Position numbers and translations under genes: made by a program. Below, one piece after another: positions 1-13,423 of a stretch of 64,000 nucleotides of DNA. The stretch is from the NCBI GenBank assembly GCA_951406725.2, contig OX597827.1:42842001-42906000 (forward strand), given 5' to 3'. Position 1 is the stretch's first letter. Every line of letters begins with the position of its first letter. Source of the stretch: Octopus vulgaris (lineage: Eukaryota). Under the pieces are notes generated by a model that saw only the letters and a program-made list of their open reading frames with translations, did not search any database and was not told where the DNA came from.

Positions 1-727
1 GTGTTTATTTTGCTTAATAGTTAATCCAACGCTGCCAGGTCAGAGATTTCTGGAAATTATCCATAGATGCTGGCCCCCAATTCCTCCGAAACAGGCGAAA
101 CAACTGCTTATCGTCCAAGTGTAATAGATCTACCTGGAATCGCACAGGTTTGTGCGTCTCCGACGACAATACAGACAAACATCAACCCTAAGGGCGAGAA
201 TCTTCATCGGGATCTTTAAAATACTGTTGAGCAGCGTTTGGGCCTGAAGTTTGCAATTATGTCCATTTATTATCGGATCTTTTCTGTAGAACGTCACTAG
301 CTTTTTTGACTGGGAACAGCCCGCAAGCAACTGCTGAGACAGGGCCGAAGAAGTTGGGCATCTGGAAATATCACTCATAGAGCAAGCATTCCCTTACTAA
401 TGATTAACGGCCCACAAAATGGACCAGCAAACTCTTTACTCCATTATCTGAATTCAGCTTTTCACAGCTCTCAGTTGTCCTAAAAGGCATCCAAGTCTGT
501 TATCTGCCGTTAGCTTTTCATCGAGAACAGATTGACGAAGAGCTTGCAGTAAAACCGTACTCATCTGTTTGGAATTGATGAGGACACAACAGTACCGGGG
601 ATGGTTAATACTTAGTTATCAAAACCTTGCTGTTAGGCTACGACCGAAATTTGAGAGCTCAACCACCGAGTCTCGCTAAAATTGCACATGTGACCTACTT
701 TTCCTATGATTTATTCGAGGTCAAAGC

Positions 728-910
728 TTCTCTCTCTCTCTCTATCTCTCCTTTTGTTTTTGGTTCTTTATCTCTCTCTGTCTCACTGTCTCCCCTCCTT
801 CTCCCTCATTCTCTGTCTGTCTCACTATCTCATTCCCACTCTCTCTTTCTCTCTCTTTTCCTCTCACTGCCTCTCTCTCTTTCTCTTACTCTCTGCTTTC
901 CCGTCTCTCA

Positions 911-960
<50 letters not shown>

Positions 961-1047
961 GACTGTTCGTATGACTCTCTCACTCGCATACCATCTCACT
1001 CTTGCTCTCTCTCTCTCTCCTTCTCTCTGTTTATCTCTCCTTTACTC

Positions 1048-1093
<46 letters not shown>

Positions 1094-1320
1094 TTCCACC
1101 CTCCTTCTTTCTCTGTTTCTGCCTCTGTCTGTCTGTCTGTCTCTCTCTCTCAATCTTTCCGTGTCTGTCTGTCTGTCTGTTTGTCCCTCTCACTATCTCA
1201 CCCCCTCTATTTCTCTATTTGATCTCTCTCTCCTTCTCTCTGTTTCTCCGTCCTTTTCTCTGTTTCTCTCTCTCTTTCACACTTTCTCTGTCGCCCCCTC
1301 TTTCTTTCTCTGTTTTTGCC

Positions 1321-1377
<57 letters not shown>

Positions 1378-1514
1378 CAGTCTTTCAGTGTCTGCCTGCC
1401 CCTCTCACTATCTCATCCCCCTCTATTTCTCTATTTGATCTCTCTCTCCTTTTCTCTGTTTCTCTCTCTCTCTAACTTTCTCTGTCCCACCCTCTTTCTT
1501 TCTCTGTTTTTGCC

Positions 1515-1573
<59 letters not shown>

Positions 1574-1691
1574 CTCTCTCTCTGTGTCTCTCTCTCTGTC
1601 TCTCTGTCTCTCTGTCTCTCTCTGTCTCTCTCTCTCTCTCTGTCTCTCTGTCTCTCTCTCTCTCTCAATCTTTCCGTGTCTGTCTGTCTGA

Positions 1692-1745
<54 letters not shown>
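728..1745. repeat. (CT)n/(CTGT)n pyrimidine-rich microsatellite mosaic
   Basis: Directly visible; explains the Ser/Leu ORFs at 627-1887. Confidence 0.95.
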
Positions 1746-1746
<1 letters not shown>

Positions 1747-1834
1747 AATGCCCTTCTGTCTCATCCAGCGTTCCATTGCCATCATCATCCAGGACAAAAG
1801 CACTCTACCCCAGATATCATCATTGTCGTTGTTG

Positions 1835-2372
1835 TTGTTGCTGTTGATGATGTAAATCTGGTTATGACCAAAGTGTACCAACCATGACCACTCAATATAT
1901 CCAGGACTGCATTAAACGATCTTCTTAGCTGTTTTGTCCCCAGGTCGCTTTAAGTAGGCTTGTGGCCAAAGATTTTCCCTCCGTGACCATCTCATCATAT
2001 TTTCAAACTTTTTATATCCAGGACTTCACCGCCTAATGTATCTTTTTTCTTTGTTAACACGGTAGAGTGAGATTTGAGGATATCTGCCTGTTGTATCTAG
2101 CAAATCAATTAATCGCATAGAAGATCCTTTGCTGATCACCCAAACCTCTTTCTTTCTGCTGTTGCTGTTTTATCACTGGTCAAGAAGACCAACGATAAAA
2201 GGCATTCCAGCCATGACTATCCATCTTTGCTTCAGACATTGCATATCCAGGACTCTGTTGTCTAATGTGTCCATTTTTTTTTTTTTTCAAAAATGGTACA
2301 AAGTATAGTTTGAGGGAAATGTAACTGTTATTTCTAGCACTCCGAGCGATCTCGTACAAATTTTCTCGTTGG
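1835..2372. mobile_element. Unclassified interspersed repeat (family H), 2-3 adjacent diverged copies
   Basis: Recurring 'tatccaggact...gatttgagg...tctagca' blocks; related copies at about 7590-7815 and 15655-15770 (opposite orientation). Confidence 0.55.
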
Positions 2373-2842
2373 CATCATTTTGCCGTGGACAAAAACTTTT
2401 TTCGTCCTACACAGTGCAGCAGATGGCGCTCCGAAAATCTGGGCAATTGAAAGCTCCTTTCTCTAACAGTTTTATCTTTAACACGCCCTGAACGAAGCAA
2501 ATACAGAGTGTTATGAGCACCTGAAGATACTCCAGCTGCTGGCGTCTACCCCAAATATCTATGCTTAGTCCGATATGGTAACTATGTAAATATGAACAGA
2601 GGGAAAGTTCTATATGAAATAAATGCCACGCAGGGTTTGGTTTGCTTGTTTTTTGTATGTTTTTTTTGCCCCCTCCTCACGCTTCCCGGGACTTTCTGTA
2701 AATACAACGTCAATGAATGCTTGCGCATCTGCAAACAGAACCCTTCCCTTGCTAGAGTGGGTGTTGAGAGTATATAGATATTATGATCAATGACACCTGA
2801 CAGAACCTGGAGGAGCGAGTACGTACTTCAGTTTGATAGGGT

Positions 2843-3205
2843 CTTGCTAACCAACCACATGGTTCCGGGTTCAGTCCCACTGCGTGGCATCTTGGGCAAG
2901 TGTCTTCTGCTATAGCCCCGGGCCGACCAATGCCTTGTGAGTGGGTTTGGTAGACGGAAACTGAAAGAAGCCCATCGTATATATGTATATATATATATGT
3001 GTGTGTTTGTGTATGTCCCCCTAGCATTGCTTGACAACCGATGCTGGTGTGTTTACGTCCCTGTCACTTAGCAGTTCGGCAAAAAGAGACCGATAGAATA
3101 AGTACTGGGCTTACAAAGAATAAGTCCCGGGGTCGATTTGCTCGACTAAAAGGCGGTGCTCCAGCATGGCCGCAGTCAAATGACTGAAACAAGTAAAAAG
3201 AGAAA
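2843..3205 (+). mobile_element. SINE family A (tRNA-headed, ~400 bp, probably the octopus OK-type SINE), 5'-truncated
   Basis: B-box-like GGTTCAGTCCC, internal (TA)/(TG) tract, tail 'ggcggtgctccagcatggccgcagtcaaatgactgaaacaagtaaaa'; many near-identical copies in the window. Family name is from memory. Confidence 0.85.
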
Positions 3206-3929
3206 AAAGAAAGAGAGAGATATGATATTTTATTCCTTATTCTTTGGGGCATGGCTCAGTTACTAGGTGGGGGGGGAAACCCACCACTGTCACGATACAT
3301 GGATTTGACCAACTTTGCTCATTCCTTTCAAAAACCCGTTTTTTTTTTTTCATCTTCTCATCCTTTCTAGCTTGTAAATCGCTTACCCTTTTTCCATTAC
3401 CTTCACCTAGTTCTCTAATATCAAATTTCTCTTGCTTTATCGTCGCTCTTGTCAACTGCTTCCATTCGTGTTTCTTAACAAGTTCGCTCCCAACATGCAT
3501 AAGACGTTGTTCCACTTACTTTTGAACACTTGACTGATATGGTAGCTGTTGCTGCTGCTGCTACTGCTGCTGCTGCTGCTGCTGCTGTTATTTATCAGCT
3601 GCTGTCTGAGTGATATCAAACAACACTTCAAGTACTTGAACGTTGTCTGGAGCTGATCTTAAAAACCTCTTCAACAGGCTTTCCTCTGAGATATCATTTG
3701 TCAATATTACTCTTTTCACTGACACTTCCAGTTAATGTTAGGGTCTTGTAGGGTTTTTAGCGTTAATAGAAAAGACTTCCTTTATCTTACAGTAAGTATA
3801 CCAAAGTTTGGAACTAGTAGAAGTACCAAATCCTTGTGGAGTATTGTCTTCATGTAAAGCTGAAATTTATGGCAGTCGTGTTCTATAAAATCTGGTGTAA
3901 TATATTTTTGTTACACTTATTGTTCATGG

Positions 3930-4245
3930 GTGGAGACGCAATGGCCCAGTGGTTAGGGCAGCGGACGCGCTGGCTGGAGGATCGCGGTTTCGATTCCCAG
4001 ACCGGCCGTTGTGTGTGTTTAATGAGCGAAAACACCTAAAAGCTCCACGAGGCTCCGGCAGAGGGTGGTGGCGACTCCTGTTGTACTCTTTCGCCACAAC
4101 TTTCTCTCACTCTGTCTTCCTGGTTCTTGAGTAACGCTGCGATGGACTGGTGTCCCGTCCAGCTGGGGGGAACACATACGCCACAGAAACCAGGAAACCG
4201 GGCCCATGATCCTGGCTAGGCTTGAAAAGGGCGACGTTTTTTTTT
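3930..4245 (+). mobile_element. SINE head B + tail 2 with 13 bp target-site duplication
   Basis: A-box TGGCCCAGTGG, B-box GTTTCGATTCC; TSD ttattgttcatgg at 3917-3929 and 4246-4258. Confidence 0.85.
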
Positions 4246-5911
4246 TTATTGTTCATGGAACTTCATTACGACTCGTTTTCGTCGATACTTCAGTATTCCA
4301 ACAGATTCTTTAATAGTCTAATAATCATTGTCTTTATTTCTTCCTCGCTCTCCAGCAGCATACAGACACATAAGGCATTACCAAAGTACTGGCACCAACG
4401 ATTACCAAACCAGTTCGCTGCCACAAACGTGATCAAGAGGTTACTGCATCTCCCGTCGTTTCAAATATTTTCAGCTTGATGATGTTGATAAAAAAAATCT
4501 TCGTAGATTTACCAGAATCACTGCTTACTACCATTGCCACCCGCTCAAATGTGTGTGCGTGCAGCAATGACGCGTATCCTCACCACTTGCCGTCCTTAGC
4601 ATCTCATCGCAACCCTCGACAAGTGACCACCATATCCGAGTTGTGGCAGTCAACGAAGTGTTGGTAACAGTGAAGACCTAAACGAACAAATACTCTGAGA
4701 CATACGGAAAACAGTTTCTGTTCGAGTGTTTACCATTACCACAGTCCAGCCTGGCGGACGTCAAGACCACGTGTATGTTTGCAGACATTAAAGACTGTTT
4801 TATTATCTTATTTACTTCAATGATCAACGGGTTATCGGTTAGCTATAAAACCGCACGAAAGCACATGACACCCCTTTTGGGCACCGGTCTTTTGACTAGA
4901 GCCTACATCTTGACATTCAAAATATCTCCGGGTCCATGAGAAGAGCCACGCCAACTTTCAAGACACCGGTGTCCAGTTTAGTACCACCCCACCCTGTGTC
5001 ATCGAGAAGCAACAGAGCCAAGCACTGTTCTATGGGTAACTTGGTTCTGTGTGTCTACTAAGCACACAATCTACGTATCTTCCAGCAACTGTTTGATCCC
5101 AATTTTATCGCTGTTTTCTCAACAGCGACACAATTTCAACACCAAAAGCGTCATCTAATCCTTCAGAACATGCAACGAACGGCCTACGAACGAGGGGGAT
5201 AACTTGATATTGGAAATGAACCTCTGAACCAATATTGTTATAAGCATCGTTTATTGAGAAACGCAAATGAGATATTAAATTTTGGCGCGAACGCATGGCA
5301 GCGGAGAATCCAAGCAATAGTGTATCTGTTCATTCTTAATATACAGCTGGCCTCGTCCCGTCAAAAATGACTGCTAATGGTAGTATTTTATATATAAAAA
5401 GGGTACAAAAAGGTGAAAAAAAATCAAACAGTGTTTCAACTTTGTGTGTGTGTGTGTGTGTGTGTGTGTATGCATGTATGTATGTGTAAAAGCGCATGTC
5501 TGTAATTCTATTTTCTATGTATCTTTCTTAACAAACACACACAAACACATATACACTCACTCAAATATATAAATATATTTTACACAAACGCACACACACA
5601 CACACAAACATTCACATTTCTCCCTTCTACACGTGTTTTATTCAGCCTATGAACTTTTCAGCTGCCCCTCGTATGTTGGATGAAATATATGACTGAGATA
5701 TAATGTATGCTGTTAGCCTCTGTTCTTTGGATTCTGATAGTTTCGTACTTCCACCGCTCAGGTACCCCTGACCCACTTATCTCCTCATCTCGTCACCCTT
5801 GTTATTCAGCCACTTCTGGCTAACTCCAGTCATTCCTCCTCAAATCAACCTTCCATTGGAATCTTCTCTCTACACACTTCCTTCTTGCAGGTGCTGACCT
5901 GCTCTAGCATA

Positions 5912-6146
5912 AAGTTTGTCCACGTTAGTCTATCAGGAGCATAGGACCGGTTTCCCCGGTTTCTCAGGCCTATATATTCCTCTTGGGATGCAACGCTAGT
6001 CTATCGCAGAATTTACTCATTTCGACCAGCTGAGTGAACTGGAGCAACGTAAAACGAAACCAAACGCATCGCCCGGTCCAGGAATCGAAACTACAATCCT
6101 TCAATTATGAATCCATCACCCTAACCACTAATCCACGCGCCTCCAC
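5912..6146 (-). mobile_element. SINE head C (CORE-like) + tail 2, diverged
   Basis: Reverse complement matches the copy at 13666-13916. Confidence 0.7.
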
Positions 6147-6649
6147 AATTATACAGATGAGGGACCGCAAGTAAAATATCACGAATGGTGTAGGTTTCGT
6201 GAGTCCAATTTCTTTCTTATATTCACTGCGTGAAAGCGGCGAGAGGGTGATACCACAGATGCGATAGTTTCTTTGTTTAGGAAAACAATTCTCCCACCTT
6301 TTATAATGAAGTACAAGCGTTTAGTTTGGCCAAATTCCATACCTATATCAGCTGAAAAGGTTATTACTTCAATGTTTTTCTTAGAATTGTGGCTATTTCC
6401 ATTGTAGACGTTTAAGTTCTCGACAAATAATTTATATGATTAGATCGAGTTCCCCTGCTATTGCAAACCTTAGCTTATAATCACTGGATTTTTTTCTTCT
6501 TTCCTTTTTCTGTTTTCTTTTTCTTTTTTTCTTTCTTTTTTTTTGGGGGGGGGGAGTAGAAATAACGTTGGATTTGGTGCCAAGATAAAGAACACTTTAG
6601 GCTGACCACTTCCAAAATCTTTAGAGATAATCTAGTCTTCTATAAAACT

Positions 6650-7205
6650 ATGTGTGTATGTATGTATATATGTATATATATATGTATGTATATATGTATA
6701 TATGTATGTATATATTATTTATGTATGTATGTATGCATGTATGTATGTACGTATGTATGTATATATGTATGTATGCATGTATGTATGTATATATTATTTA
6801 TGCATGTGTGTATGTATGGATGTATGTATGTACGTATGTATGTATATATGTATGTATGCATGTATGTACGTACACGTACGTATGTATGTATGCATCTATG
6901 TATGTATCCATGTATGTATGTATGCATGCATTTATGTATATATGTATGCATGCCTATATGTATGTATATGTTCGTATGCACGTACGTGTGCGCCTTTGAA
7001 TGCATGTGTGTATGCGTATGTACGTATGTATACATGTATGCATGTATATGTGTATGTATATGTATACATCTATATGTATGTATGCACATATGAGTGCGTC
7101 TTTATATGTACGAATGTATGCATGCATATATGCATGTATGCATGCGTGTACACGTGTGTTTATGTATGCATGTATGATTGTGTATGTGTATGTATATGGT
7201 GTATA
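6650..7205. repeat. (TATG)n/(TA)n degenerate microsatellite
   Basis: Directly visible; source of the MYVC ORFs. Confidence 0.95.
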
Positions 7206-7819
7206 GAAGAACTCTGTAATTCGTTTATTACGATCACTTTGAAACCGAGATATTTTTATACATATATGATAATAATAACCAGCTGATATAATCAAACACA
7301 GGATATAACAATATCCTGAGCGTGAATAAGGAGACCATTAAATTTAATAACAATAACCGTTTGATCATAATAAGCGGCTCCCACTGTGTTAACAGAATAT
7401 AGAGAATGTATATAACTACCGGACATTAGTTATATTTTTTATTACAGTGAATAGTTGTGAAGATTGGAAGATAAACAGTTGTGATAATTAGAGGGGGTGG
7501 GGTGACGGTGATGGTAGCGATGTTGGAAGTGATGGTGGAGGTGGTAGTAGTAGTAGTAGTTACAGGGGAAGCATTGCTCTGGTTGTTGCTGTTGTTGTTC
7601 TTTAGTCATGGGTCAGCCATGATTGATCAAGACCTATGTTCAAAGGAATTTTTCGGTTTTGACAATCACGTCATGTTTTTTTTTTTTACTGACGTGCACG
7701 AAACCCAGAGCCGTATTATTCCAAAGTGTACCTTCTTTTCCTATGACGATAGGATGTAATTTAAGGGAGATTTGCTTGCTTCTTCTAGCAGGTCAAGTGA
7801 CCACTTAGAGGTAACTTCT

Positions 7820-9370
7820 TGTAGCGGTTGTGGCGGTAGTGATACTGCTGTTGTTGTCGATGGAGGTGATGGTGTAGTTGCAGTAGTAGTGGTGTAGTTG
7901 GTTGTGATGGCGGTGTCGGTGGTGATAGCGGTGGTAATGGTGGGGGTGGTGATAATGGGAGTGATGGAGGTGGTGGTGCAGGTATAATTGGTTTGGGTGG
8001 TGATGATGGTGGTACTCGTGGTGTCCGTAGTGGTGGTGGAGGTGGAGGAGGTGAGGTGGTATAGGTGGTGGAGGTGGTATAGGTGGTGGCGGCGGTATAA
8101 TTGGTTATGGCGATGGTGATGATGGTGGTTGTAGCAGTGGTGTAGATGGTGGTAGTAGTTGTAGTGGTGGTGATGTGATGGTATTGGTGGTGGTGGGTGG
8201 TGATGGTGATGGTGGGGTGGGGATAATGGTTGTGATGGAGGTGGTAGTGCAGGTATAATTGGTTTGGGTGGTCATGATGGTGTTACCGATGGTGTCCGTG
8301 GTAGTTGAGGTGGTGGTGGTGGCGGCGGTATAATTGGTTATGGCGATGGTGATGATGGTGGCTGTAGTGGTGGTGTAGATTGTGGGGGTAGTGGTGGTGG
8401 TAGTAGTGGTGGAGTGTAGTTGCTATTGTTTTTGGTGGTGTAGACTCTAACAGGGATATTGTAATTGTTGTTGTTGATGGTGGTGGTTGTAGTTGTGGTA
8501 GTAGTGGTGGTGGTGGTGGTGGTGGTGGTGAAGTGTCAGAGATCGTGAAATATTATTCCAGTTGAGGTTTTTGGCGGTGTATCTGCTGATACAAAATCAG
8601 AGAGAGCCAAATAAATAAATAAATCGCTGGAACCAGAAGGGAGCGGGATGAAGGGTTGGGTGCTTCATTAGATGGTAGAATGGGAGGGGGGGGGGCATCG
8701 GGTCGGGGGTCTGGGAATTGGAGGTGGGGAGGGGAGAATCTGCGTGGTTATCGTTGGATGATGGATGGAACGTAATGAGGAATCTGGATGTGTGTGTGTG
8801 AGTATGTGTGTGTTTGGATGGAGGCAGCGGCGGCGTTGGTGGTGGTGGTGGTGGTGGTGGTGGTGGTGGTAGTGGTGGTGGTGCTGGTGGACGTGGTGGA
8901 GGTGGTGGTTGAGGTGGTGGTTGCAGTGGTGGTAGTAGTACTACTAGTTGGACGTGGTGGTACTATGGTTGTAGTGTTGTTGTTGGCGGCGGTTTTGGTG
9001 GTGTTGGTGGTGGTGGAAGGACGTGGTGGTACTATGGTTGTAGTGTTGTTGTTGGTGGCGGCGGTGGAGTGGTGGTGGATGGTAGTGGTGGAAGTGGTGG
9101 TTGTGGTTGTTGCTGTTGTTGTAGCAGTGGTGAAGGTAATTGTGATGGCAGTGGTAATAGAGGTGGTGTTGGAGATGATGGAGGTGGTGATGGTGGAGGT
9201 GATGATGGTGGGTTGGTGGAGGTAATGATGGTAGTGGTGGAGGTAATGATGGTAGTGGTGGAGGTGGTGGTTGTGGTTGTTGTTGTTGCGGTGGTGGTAG
9301 TTGTGGTTGTTGTTGTTGCGGTGGTGGTGGTAGTTGTGGTTGTTGTTGTTGCGGTGGTGGTGGTGTGATA
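7820..9370. repeat. (GGT)n-rich low-complexity tracts
   Basis: Directly visible; interrupted by unique sequence at about 8530-8790. Confidence 0.9.
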
Positions 9371-9419
9371 ATGGCGGCGAGGTGGCGAGGTATCAGAACA
9401 TCAAGAGACCCAAATACTT

Positions 9420-10400
9420 CTCTACTGCCACCGCAATCTTCACCGCAGTGTCACTACTAGCGCCTTAACCTCTATCCCATCCCCCACAAAAACAACTACC
9501 ACCTTCGAGCCACTACTACAGCCACAACCACCACTACCATCGTAGATGGCACGGCCAGCGGCGCTGTAACCACTACTGACAGCAGAATAACCACAAGCCT
9601 ACCACTACGCACAACTACCACCACTACCACCACCACCAAATGCACCGCCATCACCATCACAACCACAACCATGCCAAGCCAAAAATCACCACCACTACAA
9701 CACACATTACCAACACCTTCGCCACCATTATCATTGCAGCCACCACCATCATCACTGATAAAGATGCAACAACAACAACTACAACAATCACCACCACAAT
9801 CGCTACAACAACCAATACCATTATCAATATTACTACAACTACCACCATAACTACCACTACCACTACCAACAACAACAAATCACCACTAACGCCAACACCA
9901 TCACCACTATACCATCACAACCACCACTGCTACCACAACGAATACAACCCCCATCAACACCTCCACCACCTCTACTTCAACCACCACCACCACCACCACC
10001 ACAAACATTACAAGCACTACAACCACCACTACAACAACTGCCACCACCACAAGCACAGTACAACTACCAACACCATCAACACAACCACCACTACAACCAC
10101 CACTACAATAACCGCCACCACCACAACCACCACAACCACTACAACTGCCACCACCACAACCACTACAACTACCAACACCAACACCACCACAACCACTACA
10201 ACCACCACTACAACAACCGCCACCACAACAACCACCACCACCACAACCACCATAACCAGCACAACCACTTCCACAACCCCCCACTACCCCCACCACCACA
10301 ACCAACAGAACTAACACCGCCATCACAACCAACATAGTCACCACAATCACCACCACCACCACCATCACCACCACTCTAACCATTCCCCACCACTACCACT
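9420..10400. repeat. (ACC/AAC)n-rich low-complexity tract
   Basis: Directly visible; source of the poly-Thr/His ORFs. Confidence 0.9.
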
Positions 10401-10795
10401 TGCAAAAAGACAGTGGAACAAGTGTCAGTGAGAAAAGTATTTTTTTCGCTGTTTTTTTTCACTAAAATTTCCAGGGGCGGCATAGTAATGGAATGCTGGA
10501 AAGGTCAAGGTGAAGGTCAATTAGGCAGAACAACAACAACAACAACAATGGCTATGATAACAGTAACAGCTACTCCTACAACCACCGTCACAACTACAGC
10601 TAATACTACCGCTGCTGCTGCTCACAAAATTGCCCCTTAACCACTATATACAATATATAGACACCACAGCCGACTCTGCCACCACCACCTCTACTACTAC
10701 TACTACTGCTACTACTACTACTACTACAAATAATAATAATAATAATGATAATAATAATAATAATAATAATGATAATAATGATGATAATAATAATG

Positions 10796-10863
<68 letters not shown>

Positions 10864-10867
<4 letters not shown>

Positions 10868-11423
10868 GCCCTAATGCAATACCAGGCAGTGGCTCTCGTG
10901 GCCTCTGATCTTAACTGATTGGAAGAATTATCATGTACATTGTTTTGTCTTGGTATAAAAGATGGGCTACAGCAAATATTCTGCTCAATACCACAGATTT
11001 GCTCGTCAGTTGTTTGACCTTAACCAGGTGAGCATGTCCCTTAGTGGCTGACGATATGTGCATCTCTGAACATGAGCAGAAGTAGTGGGGGAGTATCATA
11101 GCCGTATGCTGAAAGGAATTCTTTGGGGGTTTGAATAATTCACCTCTGGAAACATGGGTGTTTTGTTCAACATCCTTAAACAACCCTTATTCAGGGGCCT
11201 TTTGAGCGGGATGGGTTACTCGACCAGAAGAAAATTCCAACTGGGCCCAACCTGCAAGGTCATGTGCTGTTTATCTTGATATGAAATCATCATGTCGCAC
11301 ACATATGGTTGTGATGCATGTGCCTAGTGTACCCTTATCAGACGGGTAGTCATGATGGATATACTGGGCTTCGTATATTTTTACCCCAGTGTCACTTTGA
11401 TGGCATGCACTGCTCTCTCATTT
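10864..11423. mobile_element. ~560 bp element embedded in (AAT)n
   Basis: Flanked on both sides by long (AAT)n; an internally deleted copy with the same ends lies at 14501-14672, also in (AAT)n. Confidence 0.75.
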
Positions 11424-11430
11424 AATAATG

Positions 11431-11517
<87 letters not shown>

Positions 11518-11565
11518 TCCTTTCTACTATAGGCATAAGGCTTAAAATTTGGGTGGAGGGAAGGG

Positions 11566-11603
<38 letters not shown>

Positions 11604-11950
11604 TTTATTTCGTAATGAGATAAAAAAAAACCAAGGCTGTGTAGATTTTAGAACATTTATAGATAGAAGGTCTTAAAGCTGTTTCCAGGATATTTATTAT
11701 ATCCCTTAATCGTAGACGGTATGAGAGAATGGTTAAGAAATAGTTAATTTAGATAAAATATAAAATAGAGAGTGAGGTGGAAGAAATAAAGGAAAATAGA
11801 TGTGAGATATGTAGGGATATTACATTTGTAGATACACTTTTTAGGCAGAATGGTATACATATAATATTCCAATCAAATGTGACCGAGTGTGTACCGTTGG
11901 CAATTTTTTTTTCCTCCGTCTTCCCTTCTCTGGATCTTTCCTTTTCCTAT

Positions 11951-11985
11951 GTTTCTGACGAAGAGCTCCGCTCGAAACGTTAAGC
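11951..11985 (+). ncRNA. Minimal type I hammerhead ribozyme motif in a Penelope-like repeat fragment
   Basis: gttt-CTGACGA-a-gagc(tcc)gctc-GAAAC-GTT-aagc: stem I gttt/aagc, stem II gagc/gctc, stem III palindrome ACGT. Confidence 0.7.
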
Positions 11986-12573
11986 CCTCCTTCTTCCCTT
12001 CCTTCATGAGCGCCCAATAATACTATATTTGTTCCATGTCCTCGCGTTGTTGTGTTTTCTCTTTGTGTTTTCATGTTTGGATTAACTCTCTATATATATA
12101 TGTTGAATTTCTGCTGCTTTTAAATGAAGTATATATATACACACATACTAAGGATCTCCTTACAATGTCAGTCTATCAAATTCACTCACAAGGCCCAGGG
12201 CTATATTGGAAGAAAGAATTATCACACAGCGGAACCGTATGGCTACAAGGCGAGTTTCTCAACTTCACGATCATGATTGTCCAGGGTTTATTTAGTTATT
12301 TATGCAATTTGTTTGGTTCAGAATATACCGTTTCGTCTAACTGTCAAGGCGTGTGACCTAGCGGTTGGGCAGTTAGCACTCAAGATCAGTAGGTGGTAAT
12401 TTCGATGACCGGATCAGCATCGAACGCAGCGTTGTCTTCTTGAACAAAATCAATCCAGTTCATGTTGCCCCAGTCCCGTCAGCTGTAAATGGGTTCCAAC
12501 AATAGTTGGGAAGTCAGCCTTACGACAAACCACCGTTCCGTTCAAAGTAAGGGCGTTGTAATCGCATCTTTTT

Positions 12574-12957
12574 TGGAAGCACTCCGTCGGTTACGACGAC
12601 GAGGGTTCCGGTTGATCCGAATCAACGGAACAGCCTGCTCGTGAAATTAACGTGTAAGTGGCTGAGCACTCCACAGACACGTGTACCCTTAACGTAGTTC
12701 TCGGGGATATTCAGCGTGACACAGAGAGTGACAAGGCCGGCCCTTTGAAATACAGATACAAGAGAGACAGGAAGTAAGAGTGAGAGAAAGTTGTGGTGAA
12801 AGAGTACAGTAGGGATCACCACCATCCCTGCCGGAGCCTCGTGGAGCTTTAGGTGTTTTCGCTCAATAAACACTCACAACGCCCGGTCTGGGAATCGAAA
12901 CCGCGATCCTACGACCGTGAGTCCGCTGCCCTAACCACTGGGCCATTCCGCCTCCAC
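12574..12957 (-). mobile_element. SINE head B + tail 1 (~385 bp, OR1-like), inserted into an older CORE-like SINE
   Basis: TSD taatcgcatct at 12559-12569 and 12958-12968; flanks at about 12348-12560 and 12970-13030 resemble a diverged head-C SINE. Confidence 0.85.
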
Positions 12958-13379
12958 TAATCGCATCTACATATTCAGTGGAAACGAGGCCAAACTACGG
13001 CTTTTTAAAGTCCTTGGGCTCATAACAGATTTACGAGGGGCATTCCAGAAGTTCTGAAAACTTTTTAGAAGTGGCAGTTATAACTGTTCTAGATTATTAC
13101 AATTTTAGTACAGTAATCCCCCGCCATATTACGGTTCACCTATCGCAGTTTATTATTTAAGCTTATGTCGATTCTTCCGTGGTGTTGTTTTGCATTTATA
13201 TAGATCGTTAGCCACAACACATTCTTAATTTTCTCTCCTTGTTTCTGTGTTCCTTTCTGTGGAAGAGCGTAGGCTCGAAAGGTTAAAGACTTTTTCACTC
13301 CCCGAGCGTTAAACTAATACATCTGTTTATTTATATATATATATATATATTCGTCTTTTATATTCTAATTTTTTTTTTT

Positions 13380-13422
<43 letters not shown>

Positions 13423-13423
13423 T

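Noticed and set aside
525-570. ttgacgaagagc...aaaaccgta hammerhead-like string
   Set aside because: Multiple core mismatches and no consistent stems II and III.
706-1887. 393 aa ORF and overlapping Ser/Leu ORFs
   Set aside because: Translation of (CT)n repeats, which lack stop codons.
9640-10314. 224 aa Thr/His-rich mucin-like ORF
   Set aside because: Trinucleotide low complexity open in several frames on both strands; no domain or splice support.
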